The notes beneath the pieces were generated by a model that ran no database searches, had not been told where the DNA came from, and saw nothing but the letters and a program-made list of their open reading frames with translations. From an uncultured Alphaproteobacteria bacterium (GTDB lineage Bacteria > Pseudomonadota > Alphaproteobacteria > HIMB59 > GCA-002718135): a DNA stretch of 64,000 nt. The translations under genes and the position numbers were made by a program. Below, piece after piece: positions 43,680 to 53,693 of this stretch. How positions within the stretch are numbered: position 1 is the first letter of the stretch; every line of letters begins with the position of its first letter. The stretch covers positions 1,639 through 65,638 of the forward strand of contig CACIIL010000003.1 of assembly GCA_902586695.1 (NCBI GenBank), in the 5' to 3' direction.

Positions 43680-45014
43680 ATGAAATGTAGATTTGCTCCT
43701 AGTCCAACAGGTTTATTGCACGTTGGTAATGTAAGATCAGCTGTTTTAAACTGGGCATATTCAAAAAAAAATAATGGGAATTTTATCTTAAGATTAGATG
43801 ATACTGACAAGTCAAGATCCACAAAAGAATTTGAAAAAAAAATTAAAGAAAATTTAAATTGGCTTGGAATTAATTGGGATAAAACTTTTAATCAATCTAA
43901 ACGAGTTGAAAATTATAATTTTAAAATAGAAAAACTTAAAAATGATGGCCGTCTTTACCCATGTTTTGAAAGTTCAGAAGAGCTTTCTTTAAAAAAGAAA
44001 TCATTACTTGCTTCTGGTAAACCACCCATTTATGATAGATCTTCATTATTACTTAATGAAGAAGAAATTATAAAAAAAATAAGTTCTGGAAAGAAACCAC
44101 ATTGGAGATTTAAACTTGAGGAAGGCATAATTGAATGGGATGATTTAATCAAAGGAAATGTAAATTTTGATCCAAAAAATTTAAGTGACCCTATATTAAT
44201 TAGAGAAGATGGTTCACTTTTATATCACTTACCTTCAGTAATAGATGATATTGAAGAAGAAATTACACATATTATTAGAGGAGAAGACCATATATCTAAT
44301 ACTGCATTTCATATTCAGTTATTTAAAGCTTTGGATGCTAAAACTCCTCATTTCGCTCATCATCCTTTTTTAACCGATCAAGAAGGTAAAGGTTTTGGAA
44401 AGAGGATAGGTAGTCTTTCGATTGAGAATTTAAAATCAGATGGTTATGAACAAATTACTATTTTAAATTATTTAATTAATATAGGTTCAAGCGAAGAAAT
44501 TAAACCTGAAACAAGAATTGAAAATATAGTTGAATGTTTTGATATAAAAAATATATCAAATTCATCTGCAAAATTTTCAGAAAGAGTTCTAAAGTCTTTA
44601 AATTCAGATGTTTTAAAAAACTATAAATTTGAACAAGTAAATGAAAAATTAAATTTGGAAATTAAAGGAATTGATTTGGAAAAACTTTGGATATTTTCAC
44701 AAAATAATATTGAATTTTTAAATGATGTAAAAAATTGGGTTAAAACAATTGATGCTATTATTCCAATTGAACAACATGACATACCTAATAATTTAATAAA
44801 AGCAGCTATAGAAAACATTCCAGAAGAACCATTTACATATGAAACGTGGGATAAGTGGACTAAATCCATAATAGAACAAACAGGTTTAAAAGGTAAAAAC
44901 TTATTTATGCCTTTAAGGTTACTTTTGACTGGAAAAGACAAAGGGCCAGAGCTTAAAAATTTCTTACCTTTGCTTGACAAACAGACATTACTTAGAAAAT
45001 TTGGAAAAATCTAG
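43680..45014 (+). CDS. gltX: Glutamate--tRNA ligase (short form)
   Basis: 444 aa with RFAPSPTGLLHVGNVRSAVLNW and IIRGEDHISNT. The KMSKS-equivalent reads GFGKR. Confidence 0.8.
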   Translation: MKCRFAPSPTGLLHVGNVRSAVLNWAYSKKNNGNFILRLDDTDKSRSTKEFEKKIKENLNWLGINWDKTFNQSKRVENYNFKIEKLKNDGRLYPCFESSEELSLKKKSLLASGKPPIYDRSSLLLNEEEIIKKISSGKKPHWRFKLEEGIIEWDDLIKGNVNFDPKNLSDPILIREDGSLLYHLPSVIDDIEEEITHIIRGEDHISNTAFHIQLFKALDAKTPHFAHHPFLTDQEGKGFGKRIGSLSIENLKSDGYEQITILNYLINIGSSEEIKPETRIENIVECFDIKNISNSSAKFSERVLKSLNSDVLKNYKFEQVNEKLNLEIKGIDLEKLWIFSQNNIEFLNDVKNWVKTIDAIIPIEQHDIPNNLIKAAIENIPEEPFTYETWDKWTKSIIEQTGLKGKNLFMPLRLLLTGKDKGPELKNFLPLLDKQTLLRKFGKI

Positions 45015-45050
45015 AAAATTTTATTTATTTGTCTAATAGCTATTTTAAAT

Positions 45051-46637
45051 ATGAATATTGAAAATAAAATTTATTTATTTGATACAACTTTAAGAGATGG
45101 TCAGCAAACTACAGGAGTGAATTTTTCTGTCAGTGATAAAATGACAATTGCTAAGAGTCTTGATGATTTAGGTGTTGATTATATTGAAGGAGGTTGGCCA
45201 GGAGCAAACCCTACAGATAATGATTTTTTTTCTAGAAATTTAAACTTTTCTAAATCAAAATTTACAGCATTTGGAATGACTAGAAGACCTGGAAGAAGTG
45301 CTGAGAATGATCCTGGATTAAATTCTTTAATTAATAGTAATGCTAATACAATTTGTCTTGTTGGAAAATCATCATCTTTTCAAGTAAAAAGTGCATTAGG
45401 TATTTCAGAAGATGAGAACCTTTCAATGTTATCTGATAGTTTTAATTATTTAAGTATTAAAAACAAAGAATCTATTTATGATGCAGAACATTTTTTTGAT
45501 GGATTTAAACAAAACAAAGATTACTCACTTAAATGCTTAAGCATAGCACTAAATTCTGATGCTAGATGGATTGTTTTGTGTGATACTAATGGTGGAACAT
45601 TACCAAATGAAATCTCAGAGATAATTGATGAAGTTAAGAAAGTTATTCCTAAAGAAAGATTAGGTATACATGCTCATAATGATACAGAAAATGGTGTAGC
45701 AAATGCTTTAGCCGCTGTTAATACGGGTGTTAGACATGTTCAAGGAACAATTAATGGCCTTGGTGAAAGATGTGGAAATACAAACCTAGTTTCTTTGATA
45801 CCCTCGCTAGTATTGAAAACCAATTTTCATACAAATATTAGTAAAGAAAATTTAAAATCACTTACTAAATTATCTAATACCTTAAGTGAAATTTTAAACG
45901 AAACAAAACCTAAAAATGCACCCTATGTAGGTGAAAATGCATTTTCTCATAAAGGTGGTTTGCATGCTTCTGCTGTTGCTAAAAATCCATCAACTTATGA
46001 GCATATAGACCCAGAATTAGTTGGAAATTCTAGAAATGTTATTATCTCAGATCAAGCAGGTAAAGCTAATTTAATTAGTCAGTTAAAAAAATTATCAATT
46101 AAAATAGATAGTGAAGAATTAAATCAAATATTAGAATTGATTAAGCAAAAAGAAGCTGAAGGTTTTTCATATGATACTGCTTTAGCTAGTTTTGAATTAT
46201 TGGTAAGGAGACAAGTAGGTCAAATACAAGAGTATTTTAATCTTAATAAATTTAGAGTAACTGATGAAAGAAGATGGAATGCCAAAGGTAAATTAGTTAT
46301 AGATTCTGAAGCAACTGTTCATTTACAAGTTAAAAATGAAGAAAAAATGACAGTAGGTGTAGGAAATGGTCCAGTTAATGCAATAGACAGTGCTTTACGA
46401 CAAGCTTTAATTGATTTTTATCCAACATTAAATGATTTAAAACTTACAGATTATAAAGTTATGATTCTTTCCTCTGATAAAGGTACTGGTGCGATCACAA
46501 GGGTTCATATTGAATCAACAGATGATAGTAAACAACACTGGACAACAGTTGGAGTATCTTCAAATATTATTGATGCATCTTATAATGCAATCTATGACAG
46601 TATTACTTACAAACTATTTAATGATTTGAATAAGTAA
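45051..46637 (+). CDS. cimA: Citramalate synthase / 2-isopropylmalate-synthase family
   Basis: 528 aa with LFDTTLRDGQQ, HAHNDTENGVANALAAV and a C-terminal LeuA-type dimerisation/regulatory domain. The length and N-terminus fit the CimA subfamily. Confidence 0.75.
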   Translation: MNIENKIYLFDTTLRDGQQTTGVNFSVSDKMTIAKSLDDLGVDYIEGGWPGANPTDNDFFSRNLNFSKSKFTAFGMTRRPGRSAENDPGLNSLINSNANTICLVGKSSSFQVKSALGISEDENLSMLSDSFNYLSIKNKESIYDAEHFFDGFKQNKDYSLKCLSIALNSDARWIVLCDTNGGTLPNEISEIIDEVKKVIPKERLGIHAHNDTENGVANALAAVNTGVRHVQGTINGLGERCGNTNLVSLIPSLVLKTNFHTNISKENLKSLTKLSNTLSEILNETKPKNAPYVGENAFSHKGGLHASAVAKNPSTYEHIDPELVGNSRNVIISDQAGKANLISQLKKLSIKIDSEELNQILELIKQKEAEGFSYDTALASFELLVRRQVGQIQEYFNLNKFRVTDERRWNAKGKLVIDSEATVHLQVKNEEKMTVGVGNGPVNAIDSALRQALIDFYPTLNDLKLTDYKVMILSSDKGTGAITRVHIESTDDSKQHWTTVGVSSNIIDASYNAIYDSITYKLFNDLNK

Positions 46638-46638
46638 A

Positions 46639-47367
46639 TTGAAAAAAATAAATCCTACTATTATTTTAGTTAGACCCCAATTATCTGAAAACATTGGTAT
46701 GACTGCTAGAGTAATGGATAATTTTGGTCTTTCAAAGTTATCTATTGTAAATCCAAGAGATGGTTGGCCAAATAAAAAAGCAGAAACTTCATCTAAACAT
46801 GCAATAAAAATAATTGATAAAGCAAAAATTTACAGCAGTTTAGATAATGCAATATTAAAATATGATTTGGTAATTGCAACTTCTAATAGGAAGCGTTTTT
46901 TGACAAAAAAGTCATATAATAATTTTAATATTTTTAAAAAAAAAATTAAAAATTTTAAAAATATTGCAATATTATTTGGTCCTGAAAATTCAGGACTATC
47001 AAATAAAGATTTAAGATTGTCAAATTTTATATTTACTATACCCACTGCTTATTCAAATAAATCACTTAATTTATCACATTCTGTTTCTATAATTTCATAC
47101 GAATTATTTAATTTTAATCATGATTTAATAAAAAATAATAAAAATCAAAATATATATAATAACAAAGTAGATAAGAGAGAATTGATGATTTTTTTAAATT
47201 CCTTAATTAATGATCTGGATTTAAAAGGTTTTTTTAAACCTTTAGAGAAAAAGGAAAGTATGATTGATAATATTTATTCTATTTATAATAAAATTGATTT
47301 AACCAAGAAAGAGCTTCAAATGCTTTGGGGTATGCATAAAAAGCTTAAAAAACAGCCAAAATCATAA
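46639..47367 (+). CDS. SpoU/TrmJ-family RNA 2'-O-methyltransferase
   Basis: 242 aa, TTG start, with ENIGMTARVMDNFGL, LFGPENSGLSN and LNLSHSVSI. Confidence 0.75.
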   Translation: MKKINPTIILVRPQLSENIGMTARVMDNFGLSKLSIVNPRDGWPNKKAETSSKHAIKIIDKAKIYSSLDNAILKYDLVIATSNRKRFLTKKSYNNFNIFKKKIKNFKNIAILFGPENSGLSNKDLRLSNFIFTIPTAYSNKSLNLSHSVSIISYELFNFNHDLIKNNKNQNIYNNKVDKRELMIFLNSLINDLDLKGFFKPLEKKESMIDNIYSIYNKIDLTKKELQMLWGMHKKLKKQPKS

Positions 47368-47377
47368 AATATTCGGT

Positions 47378-47405
47378 TTGACATCAAAAAATTAATGTCT
47401 ATAAA
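47378..47405 (+). promoter_or_regulatory. Sigma-70-like promoter candidate upstream of rpsD
   Basis: TTGACA (47378..47383), a 16-nt spacer, then TATAAA (47400..47405). This predicts a very short leader before the ATG at 47418. Confidence 0.45.
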
Positions 47406-47417
47406 CCGCAATAATTA

Positions 47418-48038
47418 ATGACAAAAAGAATTTCTGCAAAATACAAAATAGATAGAAGATTAGGCTGTAATCTGTGGGGTAGACCAAAAAGCCCATATAA
47501 TAAAAGAAATACAAAGCCTGGTCAACATGGTGCAATAGCATTAAGAAAAAAACAATCAGATTATGGAAATCAACTTTTTGCAAAACAAAAACTTAAATTC
47601 TATTATGGTGATTTGACTGAAAAACAATTTAGAAGAATTTATACAAAAGCATCAAATATTAGAGGTGATACAAGCCAAATTCTTATTGAGCTTCTTGAAA
47701 GAAGATTAGATGCTATTGTTTATAGAATGAAATTTGTACCTACTATTTTTGCCGCTAGGCAATTAGTTAACCATGGTCATGTAAAAGTAAATGGTAAAAG
47801 AGTTAATATACCATCTTATTCCGTGAAGGATGGAGATGAGATTTCACTTAAAGATGGAAGTAAACAAATAAATATTGTTCAAGAATCTATTGTTTCTCAA
47901 GAAAGAGAAATACCTGAATACATAGAAGTTGATATTAAAGAATTTAAAGGAAGATTCTTGAGAGCCCCATTAATTCATGATGTTCCTTATCCAGTTACCA
48001 TGGAACCAAATTTAGTAATTGAGTTCTATTCTAGATAA
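47418..48038 (+). CDS. rpsD: 30S ribosomal protein S4
   Basis: 206 aa. It has an S4 N-terminal domain (KYKIDRRLG) and an S4 RNA-binding domain ([31 protein letters not shown]). Confidence 0.92.
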   Translation: MTKRISAKYKIDRRLGCNLWGRPKSPYNKRNTKPGQHGAIALRKKQSDYGNQLFAKQKLKFYYGDLTEKQFRRIYTKASNIRGDTSQILIELLERRLDAIVYRMKFVPTIFAARQLVNHGHVKVNGKRVNIPSYSVKDGDEISLKDGSKQINIVQESIVSQEREIPEYIEVDIKEFKGRFLRAPLIHDVPYPVTMEPNLVIEFYSR

Positions 48039-48042
48039 TTCA

Positions 48043-48912
48043 TTACTTTTTTATTGCATCATAAATAAATATTCCAACTCCAAACCAGATTATTATAAAA
48101 GCTAATAATTTTTCAAATTCCATATATTCCTCAAGAATAAAAATTGATGTAATAAAATGAAAACTTGGTGCAATGTAGAACAGCACACCAGCTAATCCTA
48201 ATGTTGTATATTTAAGTCCAAGATTAAACAAAAATAAAGGTATAATAGTCACAATACCTGTAAAAGCTAACATAATTGAATCAAAATTAAATTGAAAATT
48301 GAAATAACCAATGTTTAGAAAATTTAGGTATAATAAATAAGGAAGTGAAAATAATGAAATAAGACCTGACTCATAGAGTAATCCTAATCCAGGTGAAACT
48401 CTAATCTGTTTTCTGAGCAAACCATATATACCCCATGTTGTTCCAATTAAAATAGCAATATAAGGAAAATTATTTAGATTAAATACTAAAATCAAACATG
48501 CGGAAATCATTAATGATACTGAAATAAATTTTCTTATGTTTAGTTTTTCGTTTAAAAAAAAATATCCAAGAGAAATACTAATCATTGGGGTTAAGAAATA
48601 ACCTAGTGAAGCATCTTGCACTTTATCAATATTAACAGAATAAATAAAGCCTAACCAATTTGTTGCTATTAATAATGATGTAATTGATAAGATTATAATT
48701 TTTTTAAATGATTTAAATAATAATAAAAAATCTTTAATTTCATTTAAAAAAAATAAACAAATAAAAAGAAATACAAAAGACCAAATACCTCTATGCATTG
48801 CTACTTCTAATGATGGAACATATTTTATTTCATTAAAAAATAGTGGTTGAGGCATTCCCCACCAAATAGAGGCTAAACAGGCATAAAATATGCCTCTAGT
48901 TAAGTTATTCAA
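48043..48912 (-). CDS. rarD: EamA/RarD-family (DMT) transporter
   Basis: 289 aa, 10 TM segments. The N-terminus GIFYACLASIWWGMPQPLFF is typical of RarD. Confidence 0.7.
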   Translation of the reverse strand: MNNLTRGIFYACLASIWWGMPQPLFFNEIKYVPSLEVAMHRGIWSFVFLFICLFFLNEIKDFLLLFKSFKKIIILSITSLLIATNWLGFIYSVNIDKVQDASLGYFLTPMISISLGYFFLNEKLNIRKFISVSLMISACLILVFNLNNFPYIAILIGTTWGIYGLLRKQIRVSPGLGLLYESGLISLFSLPYLLYLNFLNIGYFNFQFNFDSIMLAFTGIVTIIPLFLFNLGLKYTTLGLAGVLFYIAPSFHFITSIFILEEYMEFEKLLAFIIIWFGVGIFIYDAIKK

Positions 48913-48913
48913 T

Positions 48914-49261
48914 TTAGGAGGGTTTTACGTCAATTCCTCGACTATTAAAAAATTCTATTAGTTCACCCGTTTCATGCATTTCTTTAACAATATCACATCC
49001 ACCAATAAATTCCTCTTTTACATATAGCTGAGGTATAGTCGGCCAATTAGAGAATTTTTTAATTCCCTCCCTCATTTCATTACTATCTAGAACATTTACA
49101 CTGCTATATTTGATACTTAAGTCTGAAAGAACTTGTACAATAGCAGCAGAAAAACCACACATTGGAAACACGGGAGTACCTTTCATAAATAAAACAACAT
49201 CATTTGATTTAATTTCATTTTTAATATTTTCTGTTACATCTATCATATTACTATCTTCCAT
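48914..49261 (-). CDS. grxD: Monothiol glutaredoxin (Grx4 family)
   Basis: CGFS active site (PMCGFSAA) and WPTIPQLYV. The true start may be the Met at residue 6. Confidence 0.88.
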   Translation of the reverse strand: MEDSNMIDVTENIKNEIKSNDVVLFMKGTPVFPMCGFSAAIVQVLSDLSIKYSSVNVLDSNEMREGIKKFSNWPTIPQLYVKEEFIGGCDIVKEMHETGELIEFFNSRGIDVKPS

Positions 49262-49264
49262 TTA

Positions 49265-49495
49265 TTACTCCGTTTTTGTTTTTAACATTAATGCATGCAA
49301 TTCATTACCCATTCTCCCTTTTAAAGAATCATAGACCATTTTATGTTGTTCAATTTTTGATTTCCCCTCAAATGATTTTGAAATAACGGTTGCGCTATAA
49401 TGATCTCCATCTCCACGCAAATCCTCAATAGTTATTATTGAATCAGGTATATTTTCTTTTATATATTTTTCTAAATCTTCTTTTGATAAAGGCAT
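49265..49495 (-). CDS. BolA-family protein
   Basis: 76 aa with a BolA-like pattern (GDGDHYSATVISKSFEGKSKIEQHKMVY). It is adjacent to grxD, the usual partner. Confidence 0.8.
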   Translation of the reverse strand: MPLSKEDLEKYIKENIPDSIITIEDLRGDGDHYSATVISKSFEGKSKIEQHKMVYDSLKGRMGNELHALMLKTKTE

Positions 49496-49532
49496 ATAAT
49501 TTAAATAGTTTATAAATATTCAAAAATAAAGA

Positions 49533-50825
49533 TTATTTAATTTTATTTTTAAATATCCAATCAATTTGATTACTTTTTGTCTTATTTTCAAGAATTTCTT
49601 CAAGTTCAAGTATAGTTATTGTTTTCATTAGTTTTTTATCATTTTTAAGCACGTTATAAAAACTCATTTTGGTAGACCATGCTTTCATTGCATTTTTTTG
49701 GATAATAGAGTAAGCAATTTCTCTAGAAAGTCCTTTTTTTGTTAATTTTAGAAGCAATTTTTGACTATAATGAAGTCCACCAAGCAAGTTTAAATTTTTT
49801 TTCATATTATCTGGGTATACTTTCATTGTAAGAATAATTTCATTAAGTCTATTAAGAGCAAAATCTAATGCTATTGAAATATCAGGAGCCATAATACGTT
49901 CTACACTAGAATGACTTATGTCTCTTTCATGCCATAAGACAACATTTTCCATAGATGGAATGACTGCACTTCGAATATATCTAGATAATCCAGTTAAATT
50001 TTCACTTAAAACAGGATTTCTTTTGTGTGGCATAGCTGAAGAACCTTTTTGATTAGGTCTAAATTTCTCTTCTACTTCTAATAATTCTGTTCTTTGCAAA
50101 TGTCTTATTTCAACTGCAAAACGTTCTATAGAAGATCCTATAATACCCAGTATTGAAAAAAAGAAAGCATGCCTATCTCTTGGTATTACTTGTGTTGAAA
50201 CATCTTCACATTTTAATTTAAATTTTTTAGCAACATATTTTTCTACACTAGGGTCTATACTGTCGTAAGTTCCAACTGGGCCTGAAATTGAACAAATACT
50301 TATTTCTTCAATTGCAAGTTCTAATCTATTTAAATTTCTTTTAAATTCATTGTAAAAAGATCCTAGTTTTAAACCGAAAGTAATAGGCTCTGCATGTATA
50401 CCATGACTTCTTCCTATCATCTGAGTGTATTTATATTTTAAGGATTTAGATTTTAAATTTTTTAACAAAGTTTTTAATTGTTTACGAATAATTTCACCTG
50501 TTTGTTTTAATTGAATTGAAAAACCTGTATCAATTATATCACTAGAAGTGACTCCATAATGAAAAAATTTAGATTGCTTTCCTATATATTTACTTACATT
50601 ATTAATGTATGCAACAACATCATGCTTTGTTTCTTTTTCTAATTTATTTATTTCTTTTACATTAAATTTAGCTTTTTTTCTTATTTCCTTTGCAGCTATT
50701 TTTGGAATAATTCCAATATGTGATAATTTTTCTGCAATTAATATTTCTATATCTGTCCAAATTTTGAATTTATTTTCTATTTTCCAGATATTTTCAATAT
50801 TAGGTCTATTATATCTAGGTATCAT
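49533..50825 (-). CDS. purB: Adenylosuccinate lyase
   Basis: 430 aa with the fumarate-lyase signature GSSAMPHKRNP. Confidence 0.9.
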   Translation of the reverse strand: MIPRYNRPNIENIWKIENKFKIWTDIEILIAEKLSHIGIIPKIAAKEIRKKAKFNVKEINKLEKETKHDVVAYINNVSKYIGKQSKFFHYGVTSSDIIDTGFSIQLKQTGEIIRKQLKTLLKNLKSKSLKYKYTQMIGRSHGIHAEPITFGLKLGSFYNEFKRNLNRLELAIEEISICSISGPVGTYDSIDPSVEKYVAKKFKLKCEDVSTQVIPRDRHAFFFSILGIIGSSIERFAVEIRHLQRTELLEVEEKFRPNQKGSSAMPHKRNPVLSENLTGLSRYIRSAVIPSMENVVLWHERDISHSSVERIMAPDISIALDFALNRLNEIILTMKVYPDNMKKNLNLLGGLHYSQKLLLKLTKKGLSREIAYSIIQKNAMKAWSTKMSFYNVLKNDKKLMKTITILELEEILENKTKSNQIDWIFKNKIK

Positions 50826-50833
50826 ATTATTTT

Positions 50834-51628
50834 TTATAAATCATTTATTGGAAAATCTGTATTGTTTTCTGACAATGTAAATATTTCATTACCATCCTCT
50901 GTAATTCCTATGGTATGCTCAAACTGAGCTGATAAAGATTTATCTTTTGTTACAGCGGTCCAACCATCATTTAAAATTTTAACTTTCCAGTCTCCTAAGT
51001 TAATCATAGGTTCAATAGTAAAAAACATACCTGGTTTTAGTTCGCTACCTTCACCATAATTACCATAATGAAGAACGCTAGGTGGTGTATGAAATTGCAT
51101 TCCTATTCCATGACCACAAAAGTCTCTTACAACAGAATATTTTTTTGATTCTGCATATTCTTGAATTTTATAACCTATATCACCTATATGTTTCCCTGGT
51201 TGAGCTTCTTTTATACCTATGTGAAGGCATTCAAAGGTGGTTTTTAATAAATCTAAATTTTTTTTATTAATTTTTCCAGCCACAAACATTCTTGAGCTAT
51301 CTCCATGCCATCCATCAAGTATTACAGTCACATCAACATTTATTATATCTCCATTATTTAATATTTTTTTTTCATTTGGTATACCATGACAGACAACATG
51401 ATTTACTGATGTGCAAACTGATTTTGGAAATCCTTTATAATTAAGAGGTGCTGGAATTGCCTTATTTTTAATAATTAGGTCATGACAAAAGTTATTAATA
51501 TCAAGAGTTGAGACTCCTGGTTTAATAAAATTGTATAGCTGATCTAAAACATATGCTGCTAATTTACCTGCCTTTCGCATTTTTATAAAATCATCTTTTT
51601 GATAAATAGGGATATTATTTGTTATCAT
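50834..51628 (-). CDS. map: Type I methionine aminopeptidase
   Basis: 264 aa with VCHGIP, DVTVILDGWHGD, FCGHGIG and TIEPM. Confidence 0.9.
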   Translation of the reverse strand: MITNNIPIYQKDDFIKMRKAGKLAAYVLDQLYNFIKPGVSTLDINNFCHDLIIKNKAIPAPLNYKGFPKSVCTSVNHVVCHGIPNEKKILNNGDIINVDVTVILDGWHGDSSRMFVAGKINKKNLDLLKTTFECLHIGIKEAQPGKHIGDIGYKIQEYAESKKYSVVRDFCGHGIGMQFHTPPSVLHYGNYGEGSELKPGMFFTIEPMINLGDWKVKILNDGWTAVTKDKSLSAQFEHTIGITEDGNEIFTLSENNTDFPINDL

Positions 51629-51691
51629 TTAATATTCTATTTAATGTTTTTATTTGTTAAATAACAGAATAATTATAGAAATATTTTATTT

Positions 51692-52438
51692 ATGAGTGTT
51701 TTTACAGCTGGAATTATAATAATTGGAGATGAAATATTATCAGGAAGAACTAAAGATACTAACGGAAACTTTATTGCTAAAAATTTAATTTCTTCTGGTA
51801 TTAAACTTGAGGAAATCAGAGTGATTCAAGATAACAAAGCAATAATAAAGGAATCTGTTAAATTATTTAGTGATAAGTATAATTACGTTTTCACAACTGG
51901 TGGAATTGGTCCTACACATGATGATATTACTTCTGAAAGTATAGCTGAAGCTTTTGATAAAGATTATAAAATTAATTCTGAAGCTTTTAAAATTTTAGAG
52001 AAATATTATCCAAAAGGAGAATTTAATACTAGTCGTCAAAAAATGTCTAAAATGCCTACTGATGTTGAATTAATTTATAATCCAATTACAGCTGCTCCAG
52101 GGTTTAAATTAAAAAATGTATTTGTGCTTCCTGGGGTTCCAAAGATGATGGAACAAATGTTTATTAATGTTTTAAAAAACTTAAAAAAAGGAAACCCCAA
52201 AAACATAACAACAATAGAGACTGATTTGTATGAAAGTAAGATAGCTCCATTTTTAAATGATATTCAAAATAAGTTTAATGAATGTTCAATAGGTAGTTAT
52301 CCTTATTTTAATTTTATTTCTAAGACAGGAGGAGTGAATATTGTTATTTCTTCATGGACGATGAATTCTTTAGATCAGGTAGAGAAAGAAATTATTAAGA
52401 TGATAAAATTTAATGGTGGAAATTGCTCTATTGTCTGA
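51692..52438 (+). CDS. CinA-like molybdopterin-binding (MoCF_BD) domain protein
   Basis: 248 aa with IIIGDEILSGRTKDTN and TTGGIGPTHDDIT. It lacks the C-terminal PncC deamidase domain. Confidence 0.75.
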   Translation: MSVFTAGIIIIGDEILSGRTKDTNGNFIAKNLISSGIKLEEIRVIQDNKAIIKESVKLFSDKYNYVFTTGGIGPTHDDITSESIAEAFDKDYKINSEAFKILEKYYPKGEFNTSRQKMSKMPTDVELIYNPITAAPGFKLKNVFVLPGVPKMMEQMFINVLKNLKKGNPKNITTIETDLYESKIAPFLNDIQNKFNECSIGSYPYFNFISKTGGVNIVISSWTMNSLDQVEKEIIKMIKFNGGNCSIV

Positions 52439-52456
52439 TAATACTTTTTTTTAATT

Positions 52457-52541
52457 GGCCTCGTGGTGGAATGGTAGACACAAAGGACTTAAAATCCTTG
52501 CCCTTTTGGGAGTGCCGGTTCAAGTCCGGCCGAGGCTACCA
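52457..52541 (+). tRNA. tRNA-Leu (anticodon UAA), class II with long variable arm, CCA encoded
   Basis: Folded by hand:
- Acceptor stem GGCCTCG/CGAGGCT, with a G1:U72 pair.
- D stem GTG/CAC.
- Anticodon stem AAGGA/TCCTT with loop CTTAAAA.
- Variable arm CCC-tttt-GGG.
- T arm GCCGG-TTCAAGT-CCGGC.
- Discriminator A, then CCA. Confidence 0.92.
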
Positions 52542-52557
52542 TTAATATTAAATAATT

Positions 52558-52932
52558 ATGTTTAGTTTTGTAACTTTAGGCACTAATGATTTGAATAAAA
52601 GTAAATTATTTTATGATGAATTACTTCAATATATTAATATTATAAATGTTGAGGAGACTGATAGATATATCGGCTATGCAAAAAAAAATACGTCAGAAAA
52701 AATTCAATTTTATCTTATGTTACCTCATAATAAACAAAAGGCGACTTTTGGTAATGGTAGCATGATTACATTTAATATTGATACAAAAAAAGAAGTTGAC
52801 AGTTTTTATCACTTAGCATTAAAACTAGGAGCAACTGATGAAGGCTTACCAGGACCAAGACATAATAAAGATTACTATGCATATTTTAGAGACTTAGAAG
52901 GAAATAAAATTTGTGCTTTTAGTTCAGATTAA
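52558..52932 (+). CDS. VOC (glyoxalase/bleomycin-resistance/dioxygenase fold) family protein
   Basis: 124 aa. The VOC assignment rests on N- and C-terminal segments (VTLGTNDLNKSKLFYDELL, YYAYFRDLEGNKICAF). Confidence 0.65.
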   Translation: MFSFVTLGTNDLNKSKLFYDELLQYINIINVEETDRYIGYAKKNTSEKIQFYLMLPHNKQKATFGNGSMITFNIDTKKEVDSFYHLALKLGATDEGLPGPRHNKDYYAYFRDLEGNKICAFSSD

Positions 52933-52934
52933 AC

Positions 52935-53693
52935 TTAAAATTGAAATTGTTCATTTAAAATTTTATCCTCGATAGAGTGATTGTTGTCGAATAAAATTTT
53001 ACAGTTTTTATCTTTAGATGATTGAATAGTAACCTCTTTAATATTTCTAAACTCTATATTATCTGCAGTTACACTAACTTTTCTATCTTTATAGTTTAGT
53101 ACATTAATTTTAATTATATTTTGTTCTGAAAGTAGGGCGCCTCTCCATCTTCTAGGTCTAAAAGCACTTATAGGTGTTAAAGCTAATAATTTTGAATCTA
53201 ATGGAAGTATACTTCCATGAGCAGATAAATTATATGCTGTACTCCCAGCAGAAGTAGAAACAAGTACTCCATCACAAATAAGTTCATTCATTCTTATTAT
53301 TTCGTTTATTTTAATTTGAAATTTAGATGCTTGATGACTTTGTCTCATTAATGATACTTCGTTATAAGCAATTGAGTCATATATTTTATCATTTTCATCT
53401 TTTGCTATCATTTTCAGAGGTTTTAAATCTGTTGATTTTGAATTCTTAATTAATTTTTCTAGGTTTTTATTAATGTTTGAGTTCATAAGAAAACCTACTG
53501 AACCATAGTTAATACCAAAAAAAGGTTTATTTAGTTGATTAAAATCATGAAGAGATTTTAATAAAATACCATCTCCCCCAATCGGGATAATTATGTCTGC
53601 TGTTTTAGGGTCTGTTTGTTTATATAAATTAACGTATTCGTCTTTAGCTTTAATAGCTTCTGAAGCGTTAGAGGAAATAAAATGAAATTTCAT
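52935..53693 (-). CDS. nadK: NAD kinase
   Basis: 252 aa with the GGDG motif (IIPIGGDGILL), NEVS and STSAGSTAYNLSAHG. Confidence 0.88.
   Translation of the reverse strand: MKFHFISSNASEAIKAKDEYVNLYKQTDPKTADIIIPIGGDGILLKSLHDFNQLNKPFFGINYGSVGFLMNSNINKNLEKLIKNSKSTDLKPLKMIAKDENDKIYDSIAYNEVSLMRQSHQASKFQIKINEIIRMNELICDGVLVSTSAGSTAYNLSAHGSILPLDSKLLALTPISAFRPRRWRGALLSEQNIIKINVLNYKDRKVSVTADNIEFRNIKEVTIQSSKDKNCKILFDNNHSIEDKILNEQFQF

Noticed and set aside
52439-52557. tRNA-Leu as an integration hotspot or genomic-island boundary.
   Set aside because: No integrase, no direct repeat of the tRNA 3' end and no compositional break is visible on either side. The flanking genes are ordinary housekeeping genes.
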